64,000 nt of DNA from an uncultured virus (IMG/VR IMGVR_UViG_2600255157_000003) (Duplodnaviria; Heunggongvirae; Uroviricota; Caudoviricetes). Where the stretch lies: the IMG/VR virus record IMGVR_UViG_2600255157_000003; one strand, written 5' to 3'. Every line of letters starts with the position of its first letter. Positions within the stretch are counted from its first letter, which is position 1. A program made the position numbers and the translations under genes. The notes beneath the pieces are model-generated. The model searched no databases. It was not told the origin of the DNA and saw only the letters and a program-made list of their open reading frames with translations. Of this stretch, positions 43,321 through 51,921 are shown in pieces.

Positions 43321-44346
43321 TCATTTATTTATTTCTTTTTTCTTCTTGTCCATCCCCTTATAAAATTCTTTGTATTTTCTTGTGTACTCGTAACTATCGC
43401 CAAAAATATTATTTACAGCTACAAATAATTTTGGTTCATACTTCTCTACAGCAATCAATTCTTCTTCAAAATCTCTTCCAAAAGGACAGCAAGCGCAACC
43501 AGTACGTTTGAATCCGTATTCACTATAACACTTACTATGTATTATATTATAATGTTCATCATATTCTATTTTATCTATATCCTTATACCAAAATAACGGT
43601 CTGTAATTATCATATCCGCTTCCATTTTTGTCAAAGCAACTCTTATAAGCAGTTGATCTAACTCCTCCCTCTGCTTTTCTTACACCCACTATTTGTAAGT
43701 CATAATCATTTTCACTTAATAATTTATGGGCAACATCTTTTTTAGCATATTTGCAACATAAATTTGATATTTGAAAAGTTGGTGGATTTTTAATCAGAAA
43801 TTCTTTTAACCATTTATTTTGTTTAATATTAAATGCAGGTGATTTTTTCTTATTACACCACCATTCTAATGCCGATTTACATTTTGGATATTCTGAATAT
43901 AATTCATCAAAATCTCTATCTTCAAACTTGAAATGATATTTCTGTAATCGTCTTATCATCTCACTGACATGTTTTGAAATAAAAGGTTGACCATATTGTT
44001 TACAAGTCAACGGAATTGGTTTTATAGCTTTATATTCTTTAATCTCTACTTCATATTTATCTTCAAGATATCTTAAATGGTCTTTTGTTGCTTGATACTC
44101 CAAACCAGTATCAAACCATACATACTCAATTTTATTGTCTTTGTCACATTTTGTACAAATATCCAACATTACATCACTATCTGATCCCCCAGATATTGAG
44201 CAAACTATTTTCTTATATTGGGTACTGTTTATTTTTGACCATGCTCTTACTAAATTATCACCTATTGTCTGGTTCTGCGGAGCATTACTAATTAATTCCA
44301 TCAGATCAGCAGGTTTTGAATTTATATTTTTATCTTTTCCTTGCAA
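43321..44346 (-). CDS. PAPS-reductase-family PP-loop protein
   Basis: SISGGSDS, DTGLE, CCKYAKK, GVRKAEG, RTGCACCP. Confidence 0.82.
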   Translation of the reverse strand: MQGKDKNINSKPADLMELISNAPQNQTIGDNLVRAWSKINSTQYKKIVCSISGGSDSDVMLDICTKCDKDNKIEYVWFDTGLEYQATKDHLRYLEDKYEVEIKEYKAIKPIPLTCKQYGQPFISKHVSEMIRRLQKYHFKFEDRDFDELYSEYPKCKSALEWWCNKKKSPAFNIKQNKWLKEFLIKNPPTFQISNLCCKYAKKDVAHKLLSENDYDLQIVGVRKAEGGVRSTAYKSCFDKNGSGYDNYRPLFWYKDIDKIEYDEHYNIIHSKCYSEYGFKRTGCACCPFGRDFEEELIAVEKYEPKLFVAVNNIFGDSYEYTRKYKEFYKGMDKKKKEINK

Positions 44347-44629
44347 TTACTGTATTTACAAGGTATGCGCATACATATTACCTAGAATTACTTGTATATC
44401 TCCTTTCATAGTCTACTGAATTGCTGATTTTTTATTGACATTTGCAACTGCCAATAAAAATATAATTTCTTCTGCTTACTCTATTTCATCTTCTATACAG
44501 CGGATAATTTTACCGATGAAATTGGCTTTCTATTGGGTATCACACCCATTTTATGTAGACAACATTGTGTACATAAGGCATTAGAAGTACCTCTATCCAA
44601 TAGTCCTTAAAAGACATTTTGGAATACTT

Positions 44630-45517
44630 TTATTTATTTTCTTTCACACATTCCATAATTCTATTTTTGCCAGTATTAAATATCTCTTCATCATTCTCAA
44701 TACAGATAATCTTCCTGCCTGTCCTAATGGCAGCCACACCAGTTGTCATACTACCAGCCGTTGAATCAAGCACAGTATCACCCTCATTTGTATAGGTTTT
44801 AATTATTTCTTCTACTAAGGCTACTGGCTTTTGAGTTGGAGTTAATGCACACTTTTGGGTATCTTTGGCGAATAGCCAAACTGACTTAGGAAATCTCTCT
44901 GTACTGTCATATGTATGATTTTTGATTTCGTTGTAATTTGTTGACTGCTTACTATTTCTTTTGTGGGACGCTGTACTAACTTTTCTGATATGTCCGTTTG
45001 TTTTCTGAGGATTATACGTTGGTTGTTTCTTATAGAAAACACACATATCCTCATGATATCTCATTGGCATTCTATTAGCATTCTGGAACCCTGTAGGTTG
45101 TGTTTTCTCCCAAATGAGATTGTATTTCCACATCTCACGGTTGCTCTCCATAAGATCAGCGGTAAACATACCGTTTGCAAATAGAATAATTGCGCCATTA
45201 TCTTTAATGATTCTTTTATATTGAGTCCATAACCCCATAGACTTATTTTCTTCAAAATACGAAAGTGCACCATTATAATCAGTTTCTCCTTGCTTATAAC
45301 ACCACAAAAGAAAATCATCTTTATAAAATACCTTTGGTTTCTTTCTCACTTCTAAAGTTATATAGTCATTAAATGGAATTACTATATCCCAAGCATTCCT
45401 GGCGGTCTGCCCAAACGGAAGATCTGTGATAATTGCATCTATAGATCTATCAGGAATATCATCCATTAGTTTTAGACAATCACCTTGCCATAATTCATAA
45501 TTATTATTCTCAAATAT
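44630..45517 (-). CDS. N6A/N4C DNA methyltransferase; proposed ATA start at 45517
   Basis: GDCLKLM (upstream of the tracked ATG 45466), TDLPF, PTQKP, DSTAGS. Confidence 0.85.
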   Translation of the reverse strand: MFENNNYELWQGDCLKLMDDIPDRSIDAIITDLPFGQTARNAWDIVIPFNDYITLEVRKKPKVFYKDDFLLWCYKQGETDYNGALSYFEENKSMGLWTQYKRIIKDNGAIILFANGMFTADLMESNREMWKYNLIWEKTQPTGFQNANRMPMRYHEDMCVFYKKQPTYNPQKTNGHIRKVSTASHKRNSKQSTNYNEIKNHTYDSTERFPKSVWLFAKDTQKCALTPTQKPVALVEEIIKTYTNEGDTVLDSTAGSMTTGVAAIRTGRKIICIENDEEIFNTGKNRIMECVKENK

Positions 45518-45585
45518 TTTCTTTCCCAGAAAGGCATGATCACCTCACGGCTGCAGCACCTTTGTTCCTTTCTGTGTTATTTCTC

Positions 45586-46080
45586 TTAAACTTCCTTAAT
45601 TTTATCTGCCAACATATTTATCAATCTTGCACCATGCGGATATAACGCATTTTCCATTACTATGTAATCTAATTGCATCATTCCTCTACCTTGATTTTCT
45701 TCAATAATATCTGCTAATATATTGAAAAAATCTGCTTGTTGCGCTGAATCCATATTCCAGAACTCTTCAGCTAATTCCTGTGGATTCATTTCTATATTAA
45801 CTTCTCTTGTTACTATTTCTTTTCGCCTCCTCTGGATGAAACAGATTTTTCATTCAGTATATCCAAACTCAAACATAATTGATTTTATTTGATCCTCATT
45901 ATAAGCATACTGTTTTGGATATCTATACTCTGCTATTTCATAAGCCATAGATTCTATAATTTCTTTCATCTCTTCTTTACAATTATCATATCCTTCCTGA
46001 TATCCTAAATCTTTTCCTGATTCATACATAATAGTTTCATTACTATCAATCATTTTTTTATCCTTTTCGCACTTGACCAC
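45586..46080 (-). CDS. Two small hypothetical ORFs (45586-45789, 45850-46080)
   Basis: Short acidic ORFs. Confidence 0.45.
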
Positions 46081-46291
46081 CTATCAGAATGCTCAAGGCA
46101 CAAACTTGAACATTCCTCATAAGAAAGGAGGTCAAAATGAAAACAACGAAATTTATCTGATTGAGTGATTGAACACTCTGGTAGATAGTCAAGTGTATGT
46201 TTATATTTCTTCTTTTCAATTACTGCTTTTTCTAATTACATGATTATCACCTATTTATAAAAATTTAATAGAGCTTATGTTTGCTTTCCAA

Positions 46292-46320
46292 TTGACATTT
46301 GGTACAAATTGGTATATAGT
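46292..46320 (+). promoter_or_regulatory. Promoter of the retron locus
   Basis: TTGACA-N17-TATAGT. Confidence 0.8.
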
Positions 46321-46326
46321 TATAGA

Positions 46327-46827
46327 CATCAGTGTTATATAGCAGATTTACTCCCGTTTGGTTCGTTATTTTATGTAACGAATGGATGCTCAATAATTTA
46401 TGAGCATTTTTTTAAGAGGGACAGGCTCTGTACCACCCCTCTACACCCCAACAGCACCAAGCGTCATATATTCGTTTACATACTTCTTTTAAAGAAGTAT
46501 AGTAAAGTGCTTCTAGGGAGAGGTAATTTTGCTGGTGTAAGATAGATATACGCTATAACCATATCTCTTTGTTATTTGAGGATTAGGGAGACTCCATTAT
46601 GGAGCCAATATAATAACAAGGAGGTGAAGCTCATGAAAAAGGCGGATAAGTTTGAAATCACCATTGACATTCACAAAAAGGTTCGTATTACTAAAAAAAT
46701 GGTGATCATTTTTGTATCATTAATCGTTCTACTCACACTGATTATGTCTAACTGTAGTTCTGAAACATTAGCTGATATTATTCGCTTATTAATCAGCATT
46801 GTTTCTAACTAACACCAGCATTAATTA
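46327..46827 (+). ncRNA. Retron-associated structured RNA (msr/msd candidate)
   Basis: Arm pair 46341-55/46516-33 followed by G46356; hairpins 46362-82, 46386-407, 46415-42, 46475-506, 46755-811; second arm pair 46530-38/46812-20. Confidence 0.7.
46633..46812 (+). CDS. 59-aa single-TM peptide; candidate retron effector
   Basis: AAGGAGGTG RBS; basic N-terminus then MVIIFVSLIVLLTLIM. Confidence 0.7.
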   Translation: MKKADKFEITIDIHKKVRITKKMVIIFVSLIVLLTLIMSNCSSETLADIIRLLISIVSN

Positions 46828-46844
46828 GAATATTGAGGTTAATT

Positions 46845-47816
46845 ATGATAGATCCAGTAAAATCCAATTTGTTTAAATTATCTTCAAAGAAATATTTAAT
46901 GACACTATTAAATGTACCAACAAAAGAATATTTAAATCAAAACTTTACCGCAAAACAGATTAAGCCATATATACAAGCAAATCCAAAACCTCGCTTAATT
47001 GAAGTCCCTTCGGATTCTCTTAAAAAAATTCAGAAAAACATAAAATGTGAATTAAATAAAATAGAAGTTCCTTCCAATGTATTCTCTGGTATAAAAGGAA
47101 AATCTTATGTTGATAATGCTGTTATACACCAAAACTGTAATTTTCTTTTCAAAATAGACTTAACAGCATTTTTTCCATGCATAACTCGTGAAACAGTGTA
47201 TAAATTTTTTAAAGTTGATTTAAAAACATCTTCTGATATAGCCAATATTCTCACTAATTTTGTTACTATCGACTTAACTTTATGTGATATTCAGGAACCA
47301 GAACCTATTGAACAATTCCTTTTATCCAAGGGAATAAAAACTACAAATCATTTAATTTCTGGTTCTCCTGCAAGTCAAATCCTATCTTATTTAGCGAATC
47401 ATAATATGTTTGATGAACTACAAAATTTTTGTGATAAAAATGATATAATTATGTCTATATATGTAGATGATATTACTTTTTCTTCACAGCACGAAATTTC
47501 ACATAAGCACAAAGAAATAATTTATAATATTATTTTCAAATATTTATATAGACTTTCAAGATCAAAAGTAAAATACTACACAAGTATTTATCCAAAATCT
47601 GTTACTGGAGCTATCATTTCTCCTAATGGGAACCTCAGTATCCCTAACTCATTAAGCTATAAAGTAATAAATGAATTGCGTAATTATAAGAATAATCCAA
47701 ATGACGAACACTCTCAAAAGAGACTTCAGGGTTTAATAGTTGTTGCACAACAAACTGAACCAACAAAATTCAGTAATATTTATAATCATGTTCGCAATGC
47801 CACTATTAAAGCATAA
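46845..47816 (+). CDS. Retron-type reverse transcriptase
   Basis: NAVIH (NAxxH), IDLTAFF, SGSPAS, YVDD, VTG. Confidence 0.88.
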   Translation: MIDPVKSNLFKLSSKKYLMTLLNVPTKEYLNQNFTAKQIKPYIQANPKPRLIEVPSDSLKKIQKNIKCELNKIEVPSNVFSGIKGKSYVDNAVIHQNCNFLFKIDLTAFFPCITRETVYKFFKVDLKTSSDIANILTNFVTIDLTLCDIQEPEPIEQFLLSKGIKTTNHLISGSPASQILSYLANHNMFDELQNFCDKNDIIMSIYVDDITFSSQHEISHKHKEIIYNIIFKYLYRLSRSKVKYYTSIYPKSVTGAIISPNGNLSIPNSLSYKVINELRNYKNNPNDEHSQKRLQGLIVVAQQTEPTKFSNIYNHVRNATIKA

Positions 47817-48240
47817 TTTTTAATCCACTAAAATCTGAATCCTTGAAAGTTTTATTCTTAAATTGCACCAAACACAATCTATTTTTATACATTCCAAGAA
47901 TTGATTGTGTAATACTATTTCTCTTTTCTAGTACATTCAAATACAGCTTTAGATAAAATGGTTTATCATTCTCTTTACACCACTCAATCAATTCATACAC
48001 TTCTTTGTTTTCTGTCATAGAATTAGTATCTTCATTTATTTCTTTTTCAGGTGCTTCTTTTTCTACTAACTCAAAATACTTTTCAAATTCGTTATAAGAC
48101 ATACACCCAAGATGACAGCCACCAAATTTGAAACTAATAACACCATCTTCTGATATATCTGTTACTTCACAAACTTCTCCAATGTGATCAAATACTCCCA
48201 TTGGCTTAATCAATCTAATCTCATTCCCTTTTGTAATCAT
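47806..48240 (-). CDS. Hypothetical protein
   Basis: 144-aa ORF; 3' end overlaps the RT stop. Confidence 0.5.
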   Translation of the reverse strand: MITKGNEIRLIKPMGVFDHIGEVCEVTDISEDGVISFKFGGCHLGCMSYNEFEKYFELVEKEAPEKEINEDTNSMTENKEVYELIEWCKENDKPFYLKLYLNVLEKRNSITQSILGMYKNRLCLVQFKNKTFKDSDFSGLKIML

Positions 48241-49358
48241 GCTACTTTCCTTTCTTTATCTGCAAATTTTTTATTCCATTTATCAATAGCCTCTTGATCT
48301 TCTGATGTTACAGGATCATTAAATCTTCTTCTAGCTTGTACAATGTGATTGTTTCGTACTTCGATAGTGACAAGACTCTCTTTGGGGTTAGATTTCTTAC
48401 GCAAAAACATAATATGGCATTCTCCATCAATAACTTTATCTATGTAAGAAGCTACACAATTGTTTTGTGCTACTGCCTCATCCTTAATATCCTGGGTGCT
48501 ATCAGGATAAATAAACTGATAATCTCCAAATGCACATTCTAAATTCTTATCTATTCTTGTCTTAAATATCTCCTCAGAAAATTCTTTCTTCAGTCTGTTA
48601 TAATTTCTACATGCAATCTTATGTGTAGTAAGAAAATTCCGTGGATATTTATCAAATTTAGGACTGATCGTATTCATCATTCTCGCATAATCCACCAATT
48701 CACCAAGCAAATGATTCATATCCTCTATTGCCTCAAAAGTTTTTAGAGTATCAATATATATCAACAATGCTTTTGGGTTATATCCGTATTCTTCAGTCAA
48801 CTTGTTAAAATAGGAATAGTAATTACTAATTCCATCGGCATAATCATAATTTTCTCTGCTTAAAATTTTATTAATGTCTTCATCTGTTAAAGATATATAA
48901 TCAAGCTGATACGCCAAATAATGAGCATCAGGATTTCTTTTCCAATAATCACAAAATCTATCTGATATTTTTATTTGTCTATCTCTAGCAATTTTGATTA
49001 AAGATTTTGGAATGTCATTAATTGTTTTTGTGAAATTTCTGTCTACAATACTATCGAATCCAGCCGAAAAAATCTGTTCAAACTTTGAATACTGTGGAAC
49101 TTTTGAAAGAATTGTGCCTACATTTGATATGTAATTTGGGTATCTATTCTGCACAAATTTTAGGAATTTAGCATATTTCTCATCAGTACAATACTCAATT
49201 ATTTGATTCATTGTTATACCTGATAATTGGCTCTGTAATCCTTTTACTGGTTTACCTTTGATTCCTATACAAGTTTTTGTTGCAAAATCATATTTTACAG
49301 TTCTTCCATCTTCAAAATCAAATATTAGGAACTGCTTTTCTTTGTAAACTCTCGTTAT
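48237..49358 (-). CDS. PcfJ-like domain protein; non-AUG start near 49355-49358
   Basis: EAVAQNNCVASY, FLRK, LVTIEV, VQARRRFN; frame open 49 codons above ATG 49211 up to a GAGGTG RBS. Confidence 0.75.
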   Translation of the reverse strand: MTRVYKEKQFLIFDFEDGRTVKYDFATKTCIGIKGKPVKGLQSQLSGITMNQIIEYCTDEKYAKFLKFVQNRYPNYISNVGTILSKVPQYSKFEQIFSAGFDSIVDRNFTKTINDIPKSLIKIARDRQIKISDRFCDYWKRNPDAHYLAYQLDYISLTDEDINKILSRENYDYADGISNYYSYFNKLTEEYGYNPKALLIYIDTLKTFEAIEDMNHLLGELVDYARMMNTISPKFDKYPRNFLTTHKIACRNYNRLKKEFSEEIFKTRIDKNLECAFGDYQFIYPDSTQDIKDEAVAQNNCVASYIDKVIDGECHIMFLRKKSNPKESLVTIEVRNNHIVQARRRFNDPVTSEDQEAIDKWNKKFADKERKVA

Positions 49359-49394
49359 CTATCACCTCTTTTCTGCCTTGAAATCTCGATTTCA

Positions 49395-49646
49395 TCACTC
49401 TACTTCGATTAACACTTCTCCTTCTTCATCAAGTAGCTTTTCACCTTTTTCAAGATAAACTATTCTATCTGTCATTGATTCTGAAAAACTCATTGCCTGT
49501 AAAAAATATTTAAACTCATCTAACAGCCAATCAATTCTTCCTATTTCTTCTTCATCTCCAGTGAAAGTTTTCTTTAGTGAAACAGATTCACCATTCTCGT
49601 TTGTAAAAGAGAATGATATTTTACCAATTATTTCTTTGCTATTCAT
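49395..49646 (-). CDS. Small acidic hypothetical protein
   Basis: 83-aa ORF with RBS. Confidence 0.55.
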   Translation of the reverse strand: MNSKEIIGKISFSFTNENGESVSLKKTFTGDEEEIGRIDWLLDEFKYFLQAMSFSESMTDRIVYLEKGEKLLDEEGEVLIEVE

Positions 49647-49647
49647 T

Positions 49648-50538
49648 TTAATTTACCTCACATCTCAAAATCAGTTTATCCATATTAAATCCTGCCGCTC
49701 CTCTGTGACCTCCACCACCATATTTCTTTGCAATATTAGAAACATCCACAGTTTTTGAATACATACTATATGTCCATGTACCATTCCTTCCATTGAATGA
49801 AAATGGCATTAAAATATCATATGAATCGTCATCCACAGATTTAAACCAATCACTACCAGCAAGTCCAACATTCATTGCATACACTTTATATCCCTCAAAT
49901 TCTGTTTCAAAACCTTTGGACTCACAGTATTCTTTTGCAAAACTATCACGATACTTGATGATTACTTTTCCTTCTTCAATATATTTATTCTCCGCATCAT
50001 CATCTAAAAGGTTATACCAAATCTCGTTATCTGGGCTTTTATCGTATGCATCAAATCCCATATGAAAATATCTTGTATCATCACCATATTCAAAAGCCCA
50101 TACATCATAATCAGCGATATATTTTGTAAACATAGGTGCATCTTTTGTCATAGAAATATCAAATTTTTTCGGATTGCCACCTCCTCTTTCAGTCATATGA
50201 TGTAACCAACAATATGTAAGCATACAACCGGCTATCCCGTCATATCTAATTCCACGAATAGGAATTTCAAAATCCGTATATCTTTCTATTGCTGATTTAT
50301 GATGATCAATCCAGGTTACATCTTTTGTTATTTCTAACAGTTTTCTCATTTCGTCTGGCATAATTGAATAGTCAACAATATATACCTGCTCATTAGGATT
50401 TATCTTGTCAAAAGAAAATTCCATTCCATAATTGATAGGAATAAATTCTGACTCATATCCATCATATACTCCTGCACTTAAATACACCCAAAATGCAGCA
50501 CATTTCCCATCATCATCTACATGATAAAAACACTTCAA
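49648..50538 (-). CDS. DHH/DHHA1 phosphoesterase
   Basis: HVDDDG, IVD, IDHH, DYD, GGGGHRGAAG. Confidence 0.88.
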   Translation of the reverse strand: MKCFYHVDDDGKCAAFWVYLSAGVYDGYESEFIPINYGMEFSFDKINPNEQVYIVDYSIMPDEMRKLLEITKDVTWIDHHKSAIERYTDFEIPIRGIRYDGIAGCMLTYCWLHHMTERGGGNPKKFDISMTKDAPMFTKYIADYDVWAFEYGDDTRYFHMGFDAYDKSPDNEIWYNLLDDDAENKYIEEGKVIIKYRDSFAKEYCESKGFETEFEGYKVYAMNVGLAGSDWFKSVDDDSYDILMPFSFNGRNGTWTYSMYSKTVDVSNIAKKYGGGGHRGAAGFNMDKLILRCEVN

Positions 50539-50553
50539 ATTATCAAACCCTCC

Positions 50554-51921
50554 TTAAAATTTTATCCAACCATCTCTAACACCTGTCATCCAATAAACCA
50601 AATCATCTTTATTATTTTCTAATTCTCCATCTATAACACGTTTCAGTATCTCATTCAACCAATACCCAATATCTTTACCTTCTTTGAGTTTCATCACCTC
50701 TTTTACATCGTTACCATTAACCGCTAAATCCTTTAATGAGAAACAAGATTTCTCAGATAATATTTCTTCAAGAATATTTTCTATATTATTTACTTTCTCT
50801 ATCCGAGATTCTTCATAATCCGGTTTCTGCCCTTTAATATCTGCTTTTCTGATCTCCAGCAACCGTCTAAATTGTTTTTCACCAATTTTATTGAGCCATC
50901 TCTTAACGTACTTATTTCCTACCTCAAAAGTCGCATCATGATAATAAACAAGTTCTACTACATTATTTCTCGTTTCATTATCAAACCTAAGACGTTTCAT
51001 AATAGAGTCTGTAATTTCAGCACTTACCTTTCCGTGACCTTTAAAATGTCTAATACCATCTTCCCCATCTTGGTAGGAATGTGGTTTGCCGAAATCATGA
51101 AAGAAAACAGCAAATCTAACCACTAAATCATCAGACTCACATTTCTCTATTGCATGGACTGTATGATCGAATACATCATATGCATGATATGGATTATTTT
51201 GTTGGAAACCTATCAAGTCTTTTAATTCTGGGATAAATAAGGAAAATACGTTTGGATATAAAACTAATTCAACACAGAATTGTTCAGAAGCAACTATTTT
51301 ACAAAATTCACTATTAATTCTCTCAATTGAGATGTTCTTTAGTCTGTCATATTGTCGTTCTATTTCAAACATTGTTTCTGGGAGTCCTGCAAAACCTAGT
51401 TGTGCTTCAAATCTTATTGCTCTCAATATCCTCAAAGCGTCTTCGTTGAACCTGTCTTCTGCGGAGCCAACGCATCGAATCTTTTTATATTTGATATCCT
51501 CCATGCCATTAAACGGATCAATTAAACCAGTTTTAGGATTGTATGCCATAGCATTAATCGTAAAATCTCTTCTCCGTAAATCTTCAACCAGATTCTTTGT
51601 AAATGTTACATTGTCAGGTCTACGATTATCAGAATAATCTCCATCAATCCGATAAGTTGTAACTTCAAATGGTTCTTTATTTATCAGAATCGTTACTGTA
51701 CCGTGTTGCAAACCAGTAGGAATAATTTCTTCATCAGGAAACGCTTTTAATATCTCATCTGGTGTGGCAGATGTGCAAATATCATAGTCGTGAGGTTTTC
51801 TTCCCAATACGCTATCTCTTACACATCCACCCACCATATATGCCTCATGTCCGCATTTCTCTAATTCCTGTATGATGTAATTTACTGGTGCCGGAACTTC
51901 TACATTAATTCTTTTCATCAA
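50554..51921 (-). CDS. CCA-adding tRNA nucleotidyltransferase with HD domain
   Basis: VGGCVRD, DYDI, EVTTYR, RRDFTINAMA, EDALRILR, HAYDV.DHT, HDFGK. Confidence 0.9.
   Translation of the reverse strand: MMKRINVEVPAPVNYIIQELEKCGHEAYMVGGCVRDSVLGRKPHDYDICTSATPDEILKAFPDEEIIPTGLQHGTVTILINKEPFEVTTYRIDGDYSDNRRPDNVTFTKNLVEDLRRRDFTINAMAYNPKTGLIDPFNGMEDIKYKKIRCVGSAEDRFNEDALRILRAIRFEAQLGFAGLPETMFEIERQYDRLKNISIERINSEFCKIVASEQFCVELVLYPNVFSLFIPELKDLIGFQQNNPYHAYDVFDHTVHAIEKCESDDLVVRFAVFFHDFGKPHSYQDGEDGIRHFKGHGKVSAEITDSIMKRLRFDNETRNNVVELVYYHDATFEVGNKYVKRWLNKIGEKQFRRLLEIRKADIKGQKPDYEESRIEKVNNIENILEEILSEKSCFSLKDLAVNGNDVKEVMKLKEGKDIGYWLNEILKRVIDGELENNKDDLVYWMTGVRDGWIKF

Noticed and set aside
46309..46545. 78-aa ORF upstream of the retron RT
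   Set aside because: It starts inside the promoter, has no RBS and coincides with the hairpin-rich RNA.
46845..47816. RT as DRT2, group II intron or Abi RT
   Set aside because: It has retron-specific NAxxH and VTG motifs, is short, and has no maturase domain or intron ends.
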